Shown: positions 12,300-23,499 of the stretch, one piece after another
Position numbering within the stretch: the first letter of the stretch is position 1
How the letters are laid out: each line of letters starts with the position of its first letter
From: Selaginella moellendorffii
Taxonomy: Eukaryota; Plantae; Lycopodiophyta
DNA: 64,000 nt
Assembly: GCF_000143415.4 (NCBI RefSeq)
Contig: NW_003314282.1
Span: 1,817,374 to 1,881,373 of the forward strand
Direction of reading: 5' to 3'
Notes under the pieces: generated by a model
Told to the model about the DNA's origin: nothing
The model's input: the letters and a program-made list of their open reading frames with translations, nothing else
Databases searched by the model: none
Translations under genes and position numbers: made by a program

Positions 12300-13943
12300 C
12301 TACATCCTCTTTTCGACAAAACTTTGGTGCTGGCTATTCCTCCGGTTGACAACAGTTTCACCTGGCTCGCATGGCAAGATAGTGATGCTCAGCACTTGAT
12401 TCACTACCTCGCCAAAGCGGCAGCACTGCCTTCTCGGGACCTGTCGAGGAGATCTTAGAGAACTCTAGAAAGAAAGAGGCCGGGAGATTTACCTTGAACC
12501 AATTGTTGCTCAATGGCCTGGTGACGACTCGGATGGTGTCAAAGTCGGGAGCTTTCGAGTGGCCCATCCCAGGTAGCAGTAGCCTCGACCAGCAGTAGTT
12601 CTTACATTCCTTGGCAGATGGACTGTAGAGCTTGTACTCACTCACAACTCCGCCGTCTTCACTGCTCATGGTGTTATTGAGGAAGAAGAGGAACGGTGGC
12701 GACGGTAGCTTAACTTTGCGAGTGTCCAGATCGAACTCGGTTGGACCGTTCCTCGAGTTCCAGGCCTTGAATGTAATCTCTGCCTTCTCTAGTACCCTGG
12801 GATAAACTAGCTGATCAAATACCTGGACAACGTAGCCAGTCGAGATTGAAAACGTGAAGCCTTTGTCCTTGTTATAGCCAATCGTCTGCTGCAAGAAGTT
12901 GGACGAGTCCGCTGTCATTGCCTTGATCAGCAGCTGCAAGCTCTCGAGGCGGGAGAGCTCGGGAAACACTGGATCCATTGCTTCAATGTGATGCATGGAC
13001 ACAAAAGGTGTTATAGGATGAGCACTCAGCAATCCCAGCGGGTTTCCACGTATATCCATCTGCAAAGGACGAGATTAAAAAGACAAGAAAAAGAAACTTT
13101 TTGTACCTGATGGAAACCCGAGTGTTTCGTGAGTGGGACACCGAGCTCCAAAATGCAAGCGTACAGCCGGTCGTCACTCCCAGTGAGCTGCGGATAGTGC
13201 TCCAAGCATCTATCCTGCGATCGTGCCAAAGCCTTCGCGAGTGGATAGCTGATGGCAATGCCCCCACCTCCAAACGCCATCTGGTGGCTAAACGCAACGT
13301 TCTGGTTATGGCTCTCGGACACACTGCCGATGTAGAACATCTGGGACGAGTCGAAAGTCCCGAGAACACGAACCAGGTTGTCCACCGAGAAGACGGTATC
13401 GTCGTCGCAGAGAACCAGCCACTCCACACCCGTCAAGTTCATCCGGACGGTCTCGAGAACTATCCTGGCGATTCGGATTCCTGCTGGCGAGCCGTCCACA
13501 TTGGTGTACCGGAACCTCGAGGTGTCCTCGGAGATCCGGATAGGCGGGAGGCCAGTGTCCCACAAGTTTGGCTCCACTGGATCGTCGTGCCACACGAATC
13601 CACGCATTTGTAGCGGCCGCCACCACTGCCTCACCAGCTCCTTCCGGTCGATCCACAAGCTCGCGGAGCCTGCTATGCCAAAGACGATCTGATCCACTGC
13701 CAAGGTACTACCGCTGCCGCTACCGCTGCTGCCGCTGCTGCTGCTCTCGTCCTGCTCGATCCCGGGCAGATCGATCGGATCAAAGTCCCGGGGGAAGGTT
13801 GGAGCCCGCGAGGAATTGGCGACGAGCCCGACCCAGGCGCAGGTAAGAAGAGAGAGTGAGAACGCTGTCACGAGCAGCGTCCGGTAGTCTCTTCGATTGA
13901 GATTGAGGAAGAGCGCGATCCTCCTGCTCAGACCTAGCATCAT
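12300..13943 (-). CDS. DUF604 / Fringe-like GT31 glycosyltransferase, paralogue A (3 exons)
   Basis: N-terminal TM, IVFGIAGS, WWRP..MRGFVW, WLVLCDDDTVF, MAFGGGGIAISYPLA, GSDDRL, HQ/MDIRG, RRQCC. Confidence 0.92.
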
Positions 13944-14010
13944 CCCTTTGCGACGCTACCCTAAAACCCTACGTCAAAGGAGGAAATGGAGAAAGATCAT
14001 GGAGTACCTC

Positions 14011-15646
14011 CTAGAAAGGGACGATGCTCTCGCCCGGGCGACAGTTCGTCATGTTCACTTTCACGGTTTCTCCATCGTCCCAGTCTCCGATCTGGCAGCA
14101 TTGCCTGCGCGGCGCCTGGAAAGGAAGAATAGAGCAGGGAATGATAGATCCAAGATCCAAGAAAGAGAGATCCTATTCTCCAGACCTTGTACCAATCGGA
14201 ATGGAGTGGCTGGGCCACGACGCGGATCATCCCTGGCAGCTTGGCTTGCGACCAGCACATCATCTTGCTCGATGTGTAGCGCTGGTAGTAGCTCTCGATC
14301 CGGCCCTCTGGATCCCTCTCCTGGGCGTCGGCGAAGAACAAGAACGGCTGCTTGCAGATCCAGAAGGAGTTCCTGGAATCCAGATCGAATTCGCGGCTGT
14401 GACGCTTGTGATTCCACGCGCTAAACGTAATCTCCGCCTTCTGGAGCACCTTGGGGAAGACGATCTCCGGGAACACCTGGACGACATAGCCGGAGGAGAT
14501 CGAGAACGTGAGCCGGCGCTGCCGATCGTAGCAAATCGCCTGCTGCAAGAACCCCGGGCCGTGGAGATGCATCGATCGCGCCAGCGCCCGCGCGCCCTGG
14601 AGCGCATCCACATTGGGGAAGAGATCCACGAACTCGAGGTGATGGATCGACACGAACGGCGCCACGGGATGCGCGGCCAGCAGCCCCATCGCATTGCCGC
14701 GGACATCGCACTGCAAGAAAAGAGGAATCGATCGATCAGCAGCGCCATCGATCGCTCCCTAGCTAGCCAGCTCCAAGAAACCAAAATATTTCGACAGGAG
14801 AAACCCTAGGAGAGAGAGTTCTAGGAGTTCTATCTCTCTTACCTGGTGGAATCCAATCTCGCGAGTGAGCGGCACGCCCAGCTCCGCGATGCAAGCCCGC
14901 AATCGATCGTCGCTGCCGATGAGCTGAGGGTAGTGCTGGAGGCACTCGTCCTGGATCCCGGCGATGGCCTCCGCGAGGGGGTAGCTAATGGCGAATCCCG
15001 CGCCGCCAAAGGCCATGTCGTAGCTAAACGCGACGTTCTGGGCGTGGCTCTCCGAGGTAGCGCCGATGTAGACGAGCTGCGATGGATCATACTTGGCAAG
15101 AACTCTCACGAGATTCTCCACCGAGAAAACCGTGTCATCGTCGCAGAAGACGAACCACTTGATCGATCCGGGCAGCCCTAGCTGGAACGTCTCGAGCACG
15201 ATCCGAGCGATCCGGACGCCATTTGGGTGCCCGAGAGCTCCGCCCCGGATTGGATCTCGGAGCCTCTCCAGCGTGTTCTCCGATACGCGAATCTCCGGGA
15301 GCCCATCGATCGCCTCGCCCTCTCGATCCGGCTCGCGCTCCAGCCACACGAAGCCACGCATCGCATCCGGGCGCCACCATAGCCGGACGAACTCCCTGCG
15401 CCGCGGCCACAGCCCCGACGATCCGGCGATGCCGAAGACGATGCTCTGGAGCTCGGAATCGACCGTGCTGTTTTTGGGGCGGTGGACGATCCGGCGCTGC
15501 TCGATCACGCTGGGATGGGATTTGCGCTCCGCGACGCTGCCGATGGAGAGGACAAAGGCGATCCACGCGCAGCTGGCGATGAGCAAGAGGGCGGCAATCG
15601 TCACCGGACGAGACCCCAGATTCCTCCTTACCATCGCCGTGAGCAT
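14011..15646 (-). CDS. DUF604 / Fringe-like GT31 glycosyltransferase, paralogue B (3 exons), tandem to A
   Basis: IVFGIAGS, WFVFCDDDTVF, MAFGGAGFAISYPLA, GSDDRL, same intron positions as paralogue A; stop TAG 14013-14011. Confidence 0.92.
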
Positions 15647-15825
15647 GGTGGCTGCTAGAAACAAATCTCCTCCTCCTCCTCCTCACTCCCATCCGCCATA
15701 GCCAGGCCACGATGGAAGAGTCAATCAAAATGTTGCTACCATACTAAAGACTACCTAGTCCTTTTTCCCTGCTAGGTCTAAAAGCAAGAATAGCCATTAG
15801 GGTTTAAGGGGTTTATCACATTTTC

Positions 15826-16300
15826 GCTAGAGATCACGTAAGATTTTGGAGGAATCTCTTAGAATCTCTATCTTGGAGGAATGTCTGAAGAAAAAACCAA
15901 TTTTTTCTTCTCATGGATTGAAGGAATTAAGCGTCCAAGCATCGAAAGATCACGAGTTCTATCTTCCTTGGAGGAATCTCTATGATCGCATTCTATCTTT
16001 CCTGCGATCTTGGAGGAATCTCCATGACTTGAAAAGCAAATTTTTTTCTCATTCTCTTCTCATGGATTGAAGAAGTTATGCGTGAGACCACTGTCCACTT
16101 CGCTCCAGATCCCTCCAGCGTGAATGTGATGCTAGAGATCACGAGTGTGATCGCATTCTATCTAGAATCTCTATTCCTGCTACCTTGGAGGAATCTCTGC
16201 GACTCTGGGCGAGAAACAAACCAATTTTTTCTTATGGATTGAAGAAGTTAAGCGTGAGACCACTGTCGACTATACTCCAGATCCCTCCAGCCGTGAAGGT
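15826..16300. repeat. Degenerate tandem re-duplications of the 3' end of the adjacent transporter gene
   Basis: atggattgaagaagtta(a/t)gcgtgagaccactgtc occurs at ~16063 and ~16234, with a shorter copy at ~15913; ttggaggaat(c/g)tc occurs five times. Confidence 0.8.
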
Positions 16301-18398
16301 GATGCTAAAAACAATGCCCAGGATCCCCAGCGTCCAGTTGAGATACCAGGTGAAGCTGAACCTCGGTGGCTTCTTGATCTTGAGCCACATGAAGCACGGG
16401 TAGCAGAACGTCACGGGGACGCTCGTCAGTCCGCCTAGCAGCCCCGCGAAGCTGGAGATGAAAGGCAGCGCCACTCCGACGAAGAACGCGAAGAAGGTGA
16501 AGAAGAGGCGGAAGGCAACGCGAGCGAGGAGAGGCGTTGGCTTGTTCTTCCTGGCCGTGAAACTCTGCTCGAACGCGTCGAACATCGGCATGGAGTAGAT
16601 CTGGAAGCTGCTGATCGAGTTGAGGACGACGAACAAGAAGGTGATGGCCATCCACGGGCTTGGGATGTCTGGATGGAGCGCGTACATGGAGAAGAGAATT
16701 CCACTGGGAAGCATCTGGACGAAGAAAACCACGTAAAAATCAGTTTTTTTCGTGTTCGAGAGTTTTTGAAGCTCACCATTCGTCCGTAAGCCCAGTATCC
16801 GGCGATGGCGATCGGGAAGTAGCAAGCAGCGACTATCGCAAACGCAACTTTGGCTCCTCTCCACATTGGAGACTTAGCCGGGTGTTTCAAAGAGGATGGC
16901 ATCGTTCCCTGTGATTAGAGCAAAAGCTAAGAAAAACGCGATTTTTCCTATGAAGTACCTGGATCTCGAGCACTAGATTGTGTCCGCGAAATGCAAACGC
17001 GATGATCCCGAGAGCATTGAGAACCGAGAAGATGTTCCCGGCGGTGTGATCCGGCTTGACGATATCATACGTTATTCCCGGTGGTCTCGGCCTGCTGATG
17101 GATAGCGTCCAGACCAAGGTGGTGTAAGCCACGGCCATGACGGCTCCAACCAGAGAAACTCCAGCGATGGAGTTGAGGTTTGGAAGCTGCGCGAGGATAG
17201 CACACAAGATCGTGAAGACGAGGTACCACTCCACGGTTGTGAGTGATCCTCCGTGGCAATCCCGGCACACGGTTCTGTAAAAGAGCTCCAGAGTTCCACC
17301 GCCGATGATGATGAGCCCGGTTGCGGTTCCTCCCGAGAGATTTACGACCGGGAAGATTGCTAGCCACGCTCCAAGCTTTGGTCCTGAAAGAAAAAGCATG
17401 GAGATACTTTTTCGTGAGCAAAGTTCTAGAGTTAGTTTCAAAGTTTACCAAAAGCTTCTTGAGCGAGCTCGACGTATCGACTGTGGCGTTTGCCAGGGAC
17501 AGCTTCGTGTAGCTGGATGAGGATCCAGAGTGTGTAGAGCTGCCAAATAAAAGCTGCCACCAGAGCCAAAACTCCCCAAGTCCTGTACCAAAAAGGAAAA
17601 GAAGAACTTTGTCAAAAGTTGATCGAGAAAAGCTAGCTATGGAAGACAAATCCACCAAGAAACCTGACAAGAATCTCTTCAAAATTCATACAAATCAAAG
17701 CTAGATCGCACCATTAGTCAAGCAAAAACTTGGATTTGGATAGTAGAACGAGGAAGTTGTGAAAGAAGAGATGATATCGATCCAAAAGATAAGCAAAGAA
17801 AATCTCAACAGTCCGTCACAAACCACGCAAGCACGAAGAGAGATGAAAGCTCGCTAGAACAAACTAGAAACCATAGAAGAAGATCTTACCAGCCAAGGAA
17901 CGTAAGAGCCACCGGGAGCAAGAGCGCTTGGAATCCAATGCTCGCGTTGAGATTGTGGAACGCCGAGTAGTAAGCATTCCCATTGCGCGAGGCCGTGATG
18001 GGGAGCCACGCTTCCTGGGGATTGAGCTTGGTGATATGCCCGATATCCTCGAGATAAGCTCTCATATTCGTGAGAGCCTTCCTCATGGGCGTTCCAATCG
18101 GCGAGAAGAGCACCTTGGGCGATCGCAGGAGGCGCGAGGATGGATTGGGTTGCTGGCGAGCCGGGGATCCAAGATTCGATGGCGGGCGAGTGCTGGATGG
18201 AGTGGGAGTGTAAGTCCCATTCCCCTGCGGCGTGAGCATCCCGGACGATGGTGTGTGGCCTTGGAATGGAGGAGCGATCGATGCCCAGTGGCTGCCGGTG
18301 GGCGTCAGCGGCGGCGTGGATGCATTGGGCGTCGCTGGGATTGACACCACTTCCCTCTCGATCACCTCGTGGACGAGGAGATTGGAGCGATCCTCCAT
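16232..18398 (-). CDS. Lysine-histidine transporter-like (LHT-like 8 type) amino-acid permease, 5 exons
   Basis: EAWLPITASRNGNAYYSAFHNLNA, QLPNLNSIAGVSL, FAFRGHNLVLEIQ, SFQIYSMP, PVTFCYPCFMW. Confidence 0.93.
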
Positions 18399-19016
18399 AG
18401 CTCAAACCAGTTGGATCTTCCAATCAGATAGATGGGTGCTCCAATTGATCTGCTCGCTATCGATCGGCGCTGCCCATCTGGTGGATCTGGGTGATCGACG
18501 AAGAAGAGGAGGAGGAATTTCAAGTGGAAATCGCGGCCCCCGCCAACTGTGCCAACCAGAAGTCCGCGCACAATGCGATTGACAAAAGGGGATGATGGGC
18601 AACGACGAAGACTCGCGGTGGCCATGTTGACAAAAGATCAATCTCTGACAGGAAAAAATCTACATCTACTTTGCGACTATCCGTGCCAAGAGCGCAAATC
18701 GATCGGACCAGCTGGCCAGTCCATTTCACCCAGCTTGACTGACTATTTCTTTAAACCCTAGAATCCAGGAGGGAAGAACCCTAATTCCCCCTCCTTTTTT
18801 CTTTCGCTGGCGGTGATGTGAAATGTGATTGATGCTGCTGCTAGGATCTCTCCCGAGCGATGCTTTGCCCTAAAGATGGTAGAGCGACCTTGTGAGGATT
18901 TAGGTGCGGCACAGCGATGATTCAAGCTCCTTACTCAGCTGAGCCAGAGACAGAACCCTAAAATTATTTTAGGCGGTCTTTTCGCCACCCGAATCCCTAA
19001 CCCTAGTTTCAGTTCA

Positions 19017-19751
19017 ATGGGAGAGTTAGACGCAGCGCTCCAGGAAGCCGTGGCGGACTACGACCGTGGCGACAAGGGGCCATTTCTTGTGGCCCAAGAG
19101 GTACCTTGGCAAACGTATGATGAATGGATGTGTTGCCTCGAGTGTTGCTGGCGGCTAGGATACAAGGCCGGCGATGTGTGGATGTACGGGGATCCTTCCC
19201 TCGTGCACCGGACAATCTCAAACTGGTTCAACGCTACGATCATCACCCAGATCCAGCTGATGCCCGAGGTTGAGTGCGCGATCGACGTGATCTCCGCCGC
19301 CGGGGCTTCCCGGCTAGAGACAGTTCAGGGCGACAAGGAGCCTGACCTCTGCTATTTCTCCGCGTCAAGGCTCGAGCCAGTGCGAGCCGTGATCGAGGTG
19401 GCGTACAGGAACGAGGGGCTGGAGGCGCTCAAGAGCTCGGTGGATATGTGGGAAGCCAGTGGCTCGCGGCTGGCGATTGGTGTCAAAATCACCCGGGAGC
19501 TCGATCTCACATTTGTAGCCAAAGAGCGCGGCGCAGCGGCGCTGACGGAGATAAAGTTTGGGCCTGAGTTCTTGGACGAGAGTAACAAGGAAGCGTTTGT
19601 AATGGAATTTCCGTTGTCGTGCTTTACTGGGGATGTGGAGGGCGATCACCGCATCAGGTTTGATCTCTTTGGGCTGCAACAGTATGTTATTAAGATGATT
19701 GAGTGGGAAAGACTAGCAAAGGAAATGGAGATGCCTGTAAAGAAAGAGTGA
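19017..19751 (+). CDS. Uma2/DUF820-like putative restriction endonuclease (PD-(D/E)xK fold), intronless, copy 1
   Basis: Uma2-like motifs: VPWQTY, RL(G/E)Y..GDV, PSLVH, KEPD, VIEVAY, AIGVKI; 244 aa open frame conserved in copy 2. Confidence 0.75.
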   Translation: MGELDAALQEAVADYDRGDKGPFLVAQEVPWQTYDEWMCCLECCWRLGYKAGDVWMYGDPSLVHRTISNWFNATIITQIQLMPEVECAIDVISAAGASRLETVQGDKEPDLCYFSASRLEPVRAVIEVAYRNEGLEALKSSVDMWEASGSRLAIGVKITRELDLTFVAKERGAAALTEIKFGPEFLDESNKEAFVMEFPLSCFTGDVEGDHRIRFDLFGLQQYVIKMIEWERLAKEMEMPVKKE

Positions 19752-20399
19752 AACGCTAATTTAATTTAGTTCTTCCTCTTGGCTCGTTTTTTCAAAAAAC
19801 TACCCTCTCTCAATCGAAGATATCGTCTTCCACCTTGTATATATCGTCTTGAAGAAATGCCTCCATGTTCCAGCGATTGTTCTAAAGAATTTTCCACTGA
19901 TCGCTCAACAAGGACCTGCACTTCCATGGACGAGTTGAGGTTCTCAGACGAGAACAGGCAGACCAGGGCATGACTTATCAATCAAGAAAGAAACGACGTA
20001 CCTGATTGCGCTCTCCCAACATGGTTCTACTTTGTCAAGTTGACTTGGATTGGCATACCAGCCTACATTTCATGGGCGTATAAAATACATCAGCTATCAT
20101 CTTATGCCTACACCAATTGGATCCGTAATGTATTTGGCAAGTCAGAGCTGTTGCATGGAATCAGCGCAATTACCCACCTGAAATTTCCCACCTTCATCAT
20201 GGCGGGCCTGAAATGCATGGATGTCTTTTGCGCCAGGCTCATCCCGGTCATGGACGCCACACGAGCGATCCTCTGTCACGGCAAGATCATTCCCCTGGAA
20301 AAGCCTCCTTCACGGTCTTTGTACTTAGAGTGAATTGTTATCTTTCTTTGTACTTAGAGTGATGTTGATGGACTTATGTCTTACCGGTTTCCCAACTGG

Positions 20400-20880
20400 G
20401 AGAGGCTCTAAGGACACTGTCCTTAGCAAAGCCGGCCCCAACTGTGCTTGCCACCTTGGAAGCTCCCACAACTTCTGTTCCTATCAGAAACTCCAACTCC
20501 AGTTCCAACGTACATGATGAGTATGGTGTTAAGAAGGAAGCTCTCGATGGTTTGCCGATGAAGGCCGAGGATGTCTAAGGGGACAAGAGATCATGTCCAG
20601 TTTGGGGCTTGTGACATCTCAGTGTTCAGACCTGATCTCGACAACACTTATGAGCATTCGCCACCATGGCTCATATGGCAGGGCGACATTGCAGTGATGC
20701 GAATTCTTACGCTATGATGCTCCATAAGTGATGCTGCAGGTGAAGTGGGTGCACAAGATTGTGGTCAAGGGAGGATGATACTTTTGTGACAGATTTCTTG
20801 CTTGATCTGTGGTGGCGTGCAAGAGGTGGCGGAGGTGTTTGAGAAGCTGCCACATCAGTTGTATGAACACGATAGAAACC
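20400..20880 (+). pseudogene. Degraded PPR-repeat remnant, copy 1
   Basis: Broken frames give MKAEDV*GDK..LGACD, WVHKIV..EDDTFVTDFLLDL, CGGVQEVAEVFEKLPH, resembling PLS-class PPR motifs. Confidence 0.45.
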
Positions 20881-21092
20881 TTTAAGGTTCAAGCTAGTTG
20901 GCTGGGGCTCTCGGGCTGTGGCAACAATCCATTTCACTGATAGGATTGAGTGGCATAAACCTAGGCCAATGACGAGTAGAAGTTGAAGATGTAAACCATC
21001 AAACTAATCCAACCTTGTTTCCTCTGAGAGAGATGGCAAAAGAGATTACAGTTTAGTGAGAGTATTAAGAATATTTAAGTACAATACACCTA

Positions 21093-21815
21093 CTAGAACA
21101 TAGCAGCATGTTCAGCCGCGGCTGCAAGGCTGATCTCAGAGATACCAGGAGCAGTCAACTGATTTCTCACCTCGGGTACCTCGAACAACTCATTCCAGTC
21201 CAGCTTAAGCACACCTTCTGGATCAAGATTGTCCACAGGTCCCCCCCTCGCCTTCACCCAAACGCGAAGAGCCGGAGCACACCCTTTGCGCACTTGAATT
21301 GCAAGGGCAATCCTGGCACCGGAATTCTCAGCTGCTGTAACCGCATCAAGATCGGCCACCACCTCGGCAATGTCTTCGTTCTGGTAAACAACCTGGGCAA
21401 CCAAAACCACCCGAGCAGCGATGATACTTTGACCTGGGGATCTCTCCACCACAAGAACATCAACCTGCTGCAATCGATCCTTGTACTCCACCAGCCCCCC
21501 TGGGCAAACGTCAACCAAGCGATTCCCTAGGGTCTGGACGCCGAGGCCCTCCAGCTGCATCCCTAGTTTCGTGAACCAGTACGTGCGCACGGCCTCATGG
21601 GGCAGGGAGTGATCATGTTGCAGGAAAAGACTCCCGCTATCCTTGAGGTACAGCATATTCAGCTTGTGCGCTCTCGTTTCCAGGTGGAGACGCCGGAATT
21701 CTTCGGGATTGATGATCATTGGCACAGCGACGGGTCCCTTGTTCTTTTCGAATTCCCCCTCCATCGCATCGCACATTCCAAACAGAGAATCGGCCAGCCC
21801 CTGTGACGGCCTCAT
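21093..21815 (-). CDS. Divergent Uma2-like paralogue with substituted catalytic residues (pseudo-nuclease), intronless, copy 1
   Basis: Collinear blocks with the 19017 protein: KGP, HSLPH vs PSLVH, QQVD vs KEPD, VAQVVYQNE vs VIEVAYRNE, SGARIALAIQV vs SGSRLAIGVKI, VWVKARG vs FVAKERG. Confidence 0.7.
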   Translation of the reverse strand: MRPSQGLADSLFGMCDAMEGEFEKNKGPVAVPMIINPEEFRRLHLETRAHKLNMLYLKDSGSLFLQHDHSLPHEAVRTYWFTKLGMQLEGLGVQTLGNRLVDVCPGGLVEYKDRLQQVDVLVVERSPGQSIIAARVVLVAQVVYQNEDIAEVVADLDAVTAAENSGARIALAIQVRKGCAPALRVWVKARGGPVDNLDPEGVLKLDWNELFEVPEVRNQLTAPGISEISLAAAAEHAAMF

Positions 21816-21936
21816 TAAACCCTGTCCGCTTGAAAGCTTCTAGGTCATGTTGGAAAAGAAGTTAAAATGCCAGAGGAAGAACCCTAAAATTCATTTAGGC
21901 GGGAATTTTGTTTTTTTTTTTTCCAACAGTGTTCTT

Positions 21937-23479
21937 ATGCCTAGGTTTTCTAGGTCGATCGCGTCGCCGGCGATGGATTTCGGCAGCGCCGCTTGTATTC
22001 CAGACGCTCTTCCAGCCGCCGGTTCCAGATCCGCGGGGAGCTTCGCAAGGAACTGGAAGATTTCTTGCTCGAGGCGAGGATCGCGATCAGCACGGTAATG
22101 TCGCATGGCGGAAGGCGCTGGAATCGGTCCGGCCGCGGATCGCGCAGGCGCGGGCACGGCCGCTTGATGTGCTGCTTCACGATCGCTACCACCAAGCTCG
22201 AGGCTGTGGCGAATGTGGCCGTCCGGGTGGAGCTCGCGGATGGGAGCGTTGGATGGGGCGAAGCTCCGACTCTCTTTCCGGTCACTGCGGAGGATCAGAC
22301 TGTAGCTCTGGACCAGGCTGGGCGATGCTGCCGGATGCTCGAGCAGCTTGAGCCAGGATTGAGCTGCATGGAAATCCTTTCCAGCGTTGGAAATCTTCTT
22401 CCAGGCCACGACTATGCTTCCGTAAAGTATTGCTTCTCATATTTTTCTTTTCTTCTCTTCAAGCTTCTCACATTTTCTTTCTCTACGGCAGGCTCGAGCA
22501 GGGATTGAGATGGCTGTGATCGATGCCGCAGCTCGTAGCGTTGGAATTCCACTCTGGAAATTTTTTGGTGGAGCATCCAACTTTGTCACGACGGATATCA
22601 CGGTATTTGGGTTGAGTAAGTGCTTGAGCTGGTTCTTTCTCTTATTTGTAGATTCCAATATGTGAGCCGGATAATGCTGCTCGCCTCGCCATGGAATATG
22701 CTCAAAGAGGCTTCCGGACGGTGAAAACCAAAGTTGGAGGCAGAGATTTGTCGTCCGACATTGCCATGCTCCATGCGATTCGAAGTAGCCACCCAACTTG
22801 CAATCTCATTCTTGATGCATACGAAGGCTACACGTCGCATGAAGCCCTACGAGTTCTACAGGAGCTCCAAGGTGACCAAATCTTTTCTAGTCTCCAAACT
22901 TTAACCATGTTTCTCTTCATGTAGAACAGGGGATCACTCCTATTCTCTTCGAGCAGCCAGTGGCACGCGCAGACTGGGATGGTTTGCGCTCGTCAGCAAA
23001 AAGGCGAGAGAACTCTATGGGGTTCCCGTTGCTGCCGATGAAAGCTGCCGGAGTTTGGACGACGCCCAGCGCATTGCCGACGAGGAGCTTGCTCCAGTGA
23101 TAAACGTGAAGCTCGCGAAGCTCGGCGTCCTTGGAGCTCTCGAGGTCATCTCTCTGGCTCGTGAGAACAAGATAGAGTTGATGATTGGAGGCATGGTGGA
23201 GACCCGATTAGGGATGGGCTTTGCTGCTCATCTTGCTGCCGGATTTGGCTTCTTCAGGTACGCATAACACTTGAGAATCCTCCTTCCTACGAGTGATTGT
23301 TTGTAGATACATCGACTTGGACACTCCCTTGTTACTTGCCGAGGATCCAATCGAAGGTGGTTATCAAGGTGTGTTTGATGCCTGTATCGTTCTCTAACTT
23401 CCTTTTTCTCTTTTTATCAGTGCACTCGAAGAAGTACATTATGACCAATGCTCCTGGACAAGGAATCAACTTAAAATGA
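21937..23479 (+). pseudogene. L-Ala-D/L-Glu (dipeptide) epimerase, enolase superfamily, frameshifted copy
   Basis: Versus copy 2: 8-bp deletion (~22072), 11-bp deletion (~22176), 1-bp deletion (~22983), DANEG->DAYEG. Confidence 0.88.
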
Positions 23480-23499
23480 TCATTCTGCTTGGTTTAGCT

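Noticed and set aside
15826-16300. CRISPR-like repeat array
   Set aside because: Repeats are irregular in length and spacing, derive from the neighbouring gene end, and the context is eukaryotic with no cas genes
19017-21815. Bacterial contamination or restriction-modification operon
   Set aside because: No methylase or operon structure; genes are interleaved with spliced plant genes and PPR debris and co-duplicated with them
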